Assembly: GCA_963758525.1 (NCBI GenBank)
Contig: CAVWVQ010000003.1
Coordinates: 1,856,001 to 1,920,000 of the forward strand
Origin: an uncultured Phycisphaerales bacterium
GTDB lineage: Bacteria > Planctomycetota > Phycisphaerae > Tepidisphaerales > Tepidisphaeraceae
Direction: 5' to 3'
DNA length: 64,000 nucleotides
Part shown: positions 62,981 to 64,000 of the stretch, one piece after another
Position numbering within the stretch: the first letter of the stretch is position 1
How the letters are laid out: every line of letters begins with the position of its first letter
Notes under the pieces: model-generated
Databases searched by the model: none
What the model was told of the DNA's origin: nothing
What the model saw: the letters and a program-made list of their open reading frames with translations, nothing else
Made by a program: the position numbers and the translations under genes

Positions 62981-64000
62981 CTATTGCGCGTCCAGCACGC
63001 CGCTGCCCGGCGCGCCACTGGCGGGAGCCGCGGTTGCCTTGTAGTCCGGCTGCGAGACGGTGATCATGTTGCTCATCAATTGCGTGGCGCTGGCTGGTGT
63101 GTAGCCGATGATTCCGTCCACGGGCTCTCCAACGAGGCCGCCGCTGATGTCTTCCCGGCTGTAGAAAACGCCGACGCGGCCGTTCACGGAAATGCCGCAG
63201 ATGCGCGCCGATTTCAGATTGCCCGTGGTCCGGGTCGCATAGACTCGGTAGCCGACGGTGCTGATTTTATCGCCGGCAGAGAAGACCGGAGCATCCATCG
63301 GGAGCGGCCGGGCAAGCCCCGCGATGGCGTCCTTGCCGAACATCAGCCGCAGCTCGGATTCGATGCTGTTGGCAAACTCCGCGTCGCCGCCGGCGGCGTC
63401 GATGATCAAAGTCCCGCCTTTGGTGACAAAAGCCTGAAGCTCCTGTCGCTGCGCTGCGGTGAAGATGATTTTTGATGTTCCCGTGAGATGCGCGATCGAA
63501 TACCCGGCCAGCGCGCCCGAGCCAAGCTTGACTGGCGCGGCATCGAGTTGCGTGTCGCGGGTGTTGTGAAAGATGGCAGAGAGGCGGGCCCACCCGCCTG
63601 GCTCGGGATCCCAGTTGCCGTCGGTTTCGATCCGGGCGATCTTCAGATTCTTGGACGCCGCCGACGACGTGGGGACCACCACATACGGATCGGCCTTGAA
63701 GAAGAGATTCTGCCGGTCGGTCGCGTAGAGAAAAATGTTGGCCCCGAGTTCGAAGAACTCGGGGTGGATTTTGCTGTCTTCCATTTGCCAGGCGCGGCCG
63801 GCGTCCCCATCCGGCAGAAGGATCATCAATTCGCGCACGCCATTGCTCATCGCCAGGATATGCGGGTGCAGCCTCCACTTCTTTGCAAGGTATTGCTCGC
63901 CGTTGAAAATCACGTGACCCGCGGGCAGTTGGCGAAATTCATACTTGAACATCGCGGAACCGAGTTTCCTGAAGCTCTGGGAGAAGACTCCCGATCCGCA
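62981..64000 (-). CDS. DUF4159-domain protein; 5' end off the window
   Basis: GANIFLYATD, WDPEP, HLTG, FVTKGGTLIIDAAGG, VFYSREDIS; frame open to position 64000. Confidence 0.75.
   Translation of the reverse strand, partial: CGSGVFSQSFRKLGSAMFKYEFRQLPAGHVIFNGEQYLAKKWRLHPHILAMSNGVRELMILLPDGDAGRAWQMEDSKIHPEFFELGANIFLYATDRQNLFFKADPYVVVPTSSAASKNLKIARIETDGNWDPEPGGWARLSAIFHNTRDTQLDAAPVKLGSGALAGYSIAHLTGTSKIIFTAAQRQELQAFVTKGGTLIIDAAGGDAEFANSIESELRLMFGKDAIAGLARPLPMDAPVFSAGDKISTVGYRVYATRTTGNLKSARICGISVNGRVGVFYSREDISGGLVGEPVDGIIGYTPASATQLMSNMITVSQPDYKATAAPASGAPGSGVLDAQ

Noticed and set aside
1..64000. tRNA/rRNA genes
   Set aside because: No cloverleaf/T-loop or rRNA signatures were recognised in intergenic regions by eye; tRNAscan-SE/barrnap would be decisive.

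Overview
GC-rich bacterial chromosomal window. Gene families (CxxCGYDLR..CPECG membrane protein, PFxPF small protein, DUF4159, giant alpha-2-macroglobulin, heptamer intergenic repeats) point to Planctomycetota, probably Phycisphaerae; this is inference. Most genes are housekeeping or metabolic: pyrimidine/beta-alanine catabolism, lptB, cold-shock protein, pyrG, kdsB, lhr, mutS, HU, hisH, pilD, aroK, pyrH, frr, RluA and a UvrD-family helicase. At least 16 genes or gene segments carry 1-2 nt frameshifts that are almost certainly long-read consensus errors; 15 of the 16 sit on or beside GCGC, which suggests a GCGC methylation footprint. Highlights: (1) a tightly coupled three-gene operon at 5274-10969 encoding a DUF559/Vsr-like nuclease, a winged-helix protein and a ~1090-aa double ATPase (AAA+ fused to HerA/VirB4-like), a candidate uncharacterised defence/DNA-processing system; (2) a ~496-bp tandem array at 40975-42690 in which the 3' end of an M16 peptidase gene is repeated four times, separated by GTAG-REP elements, about 4.5 kb from a truncated RAYT transposase carrying a covarying REP hairpin; (3) a c-di-AMP (ydaO) riboswitch upstream of a KUP/KimA-like K+ transporter; (4) three toxin-antitoxin loci with odd features; (5) many apparently leaderless promoters.
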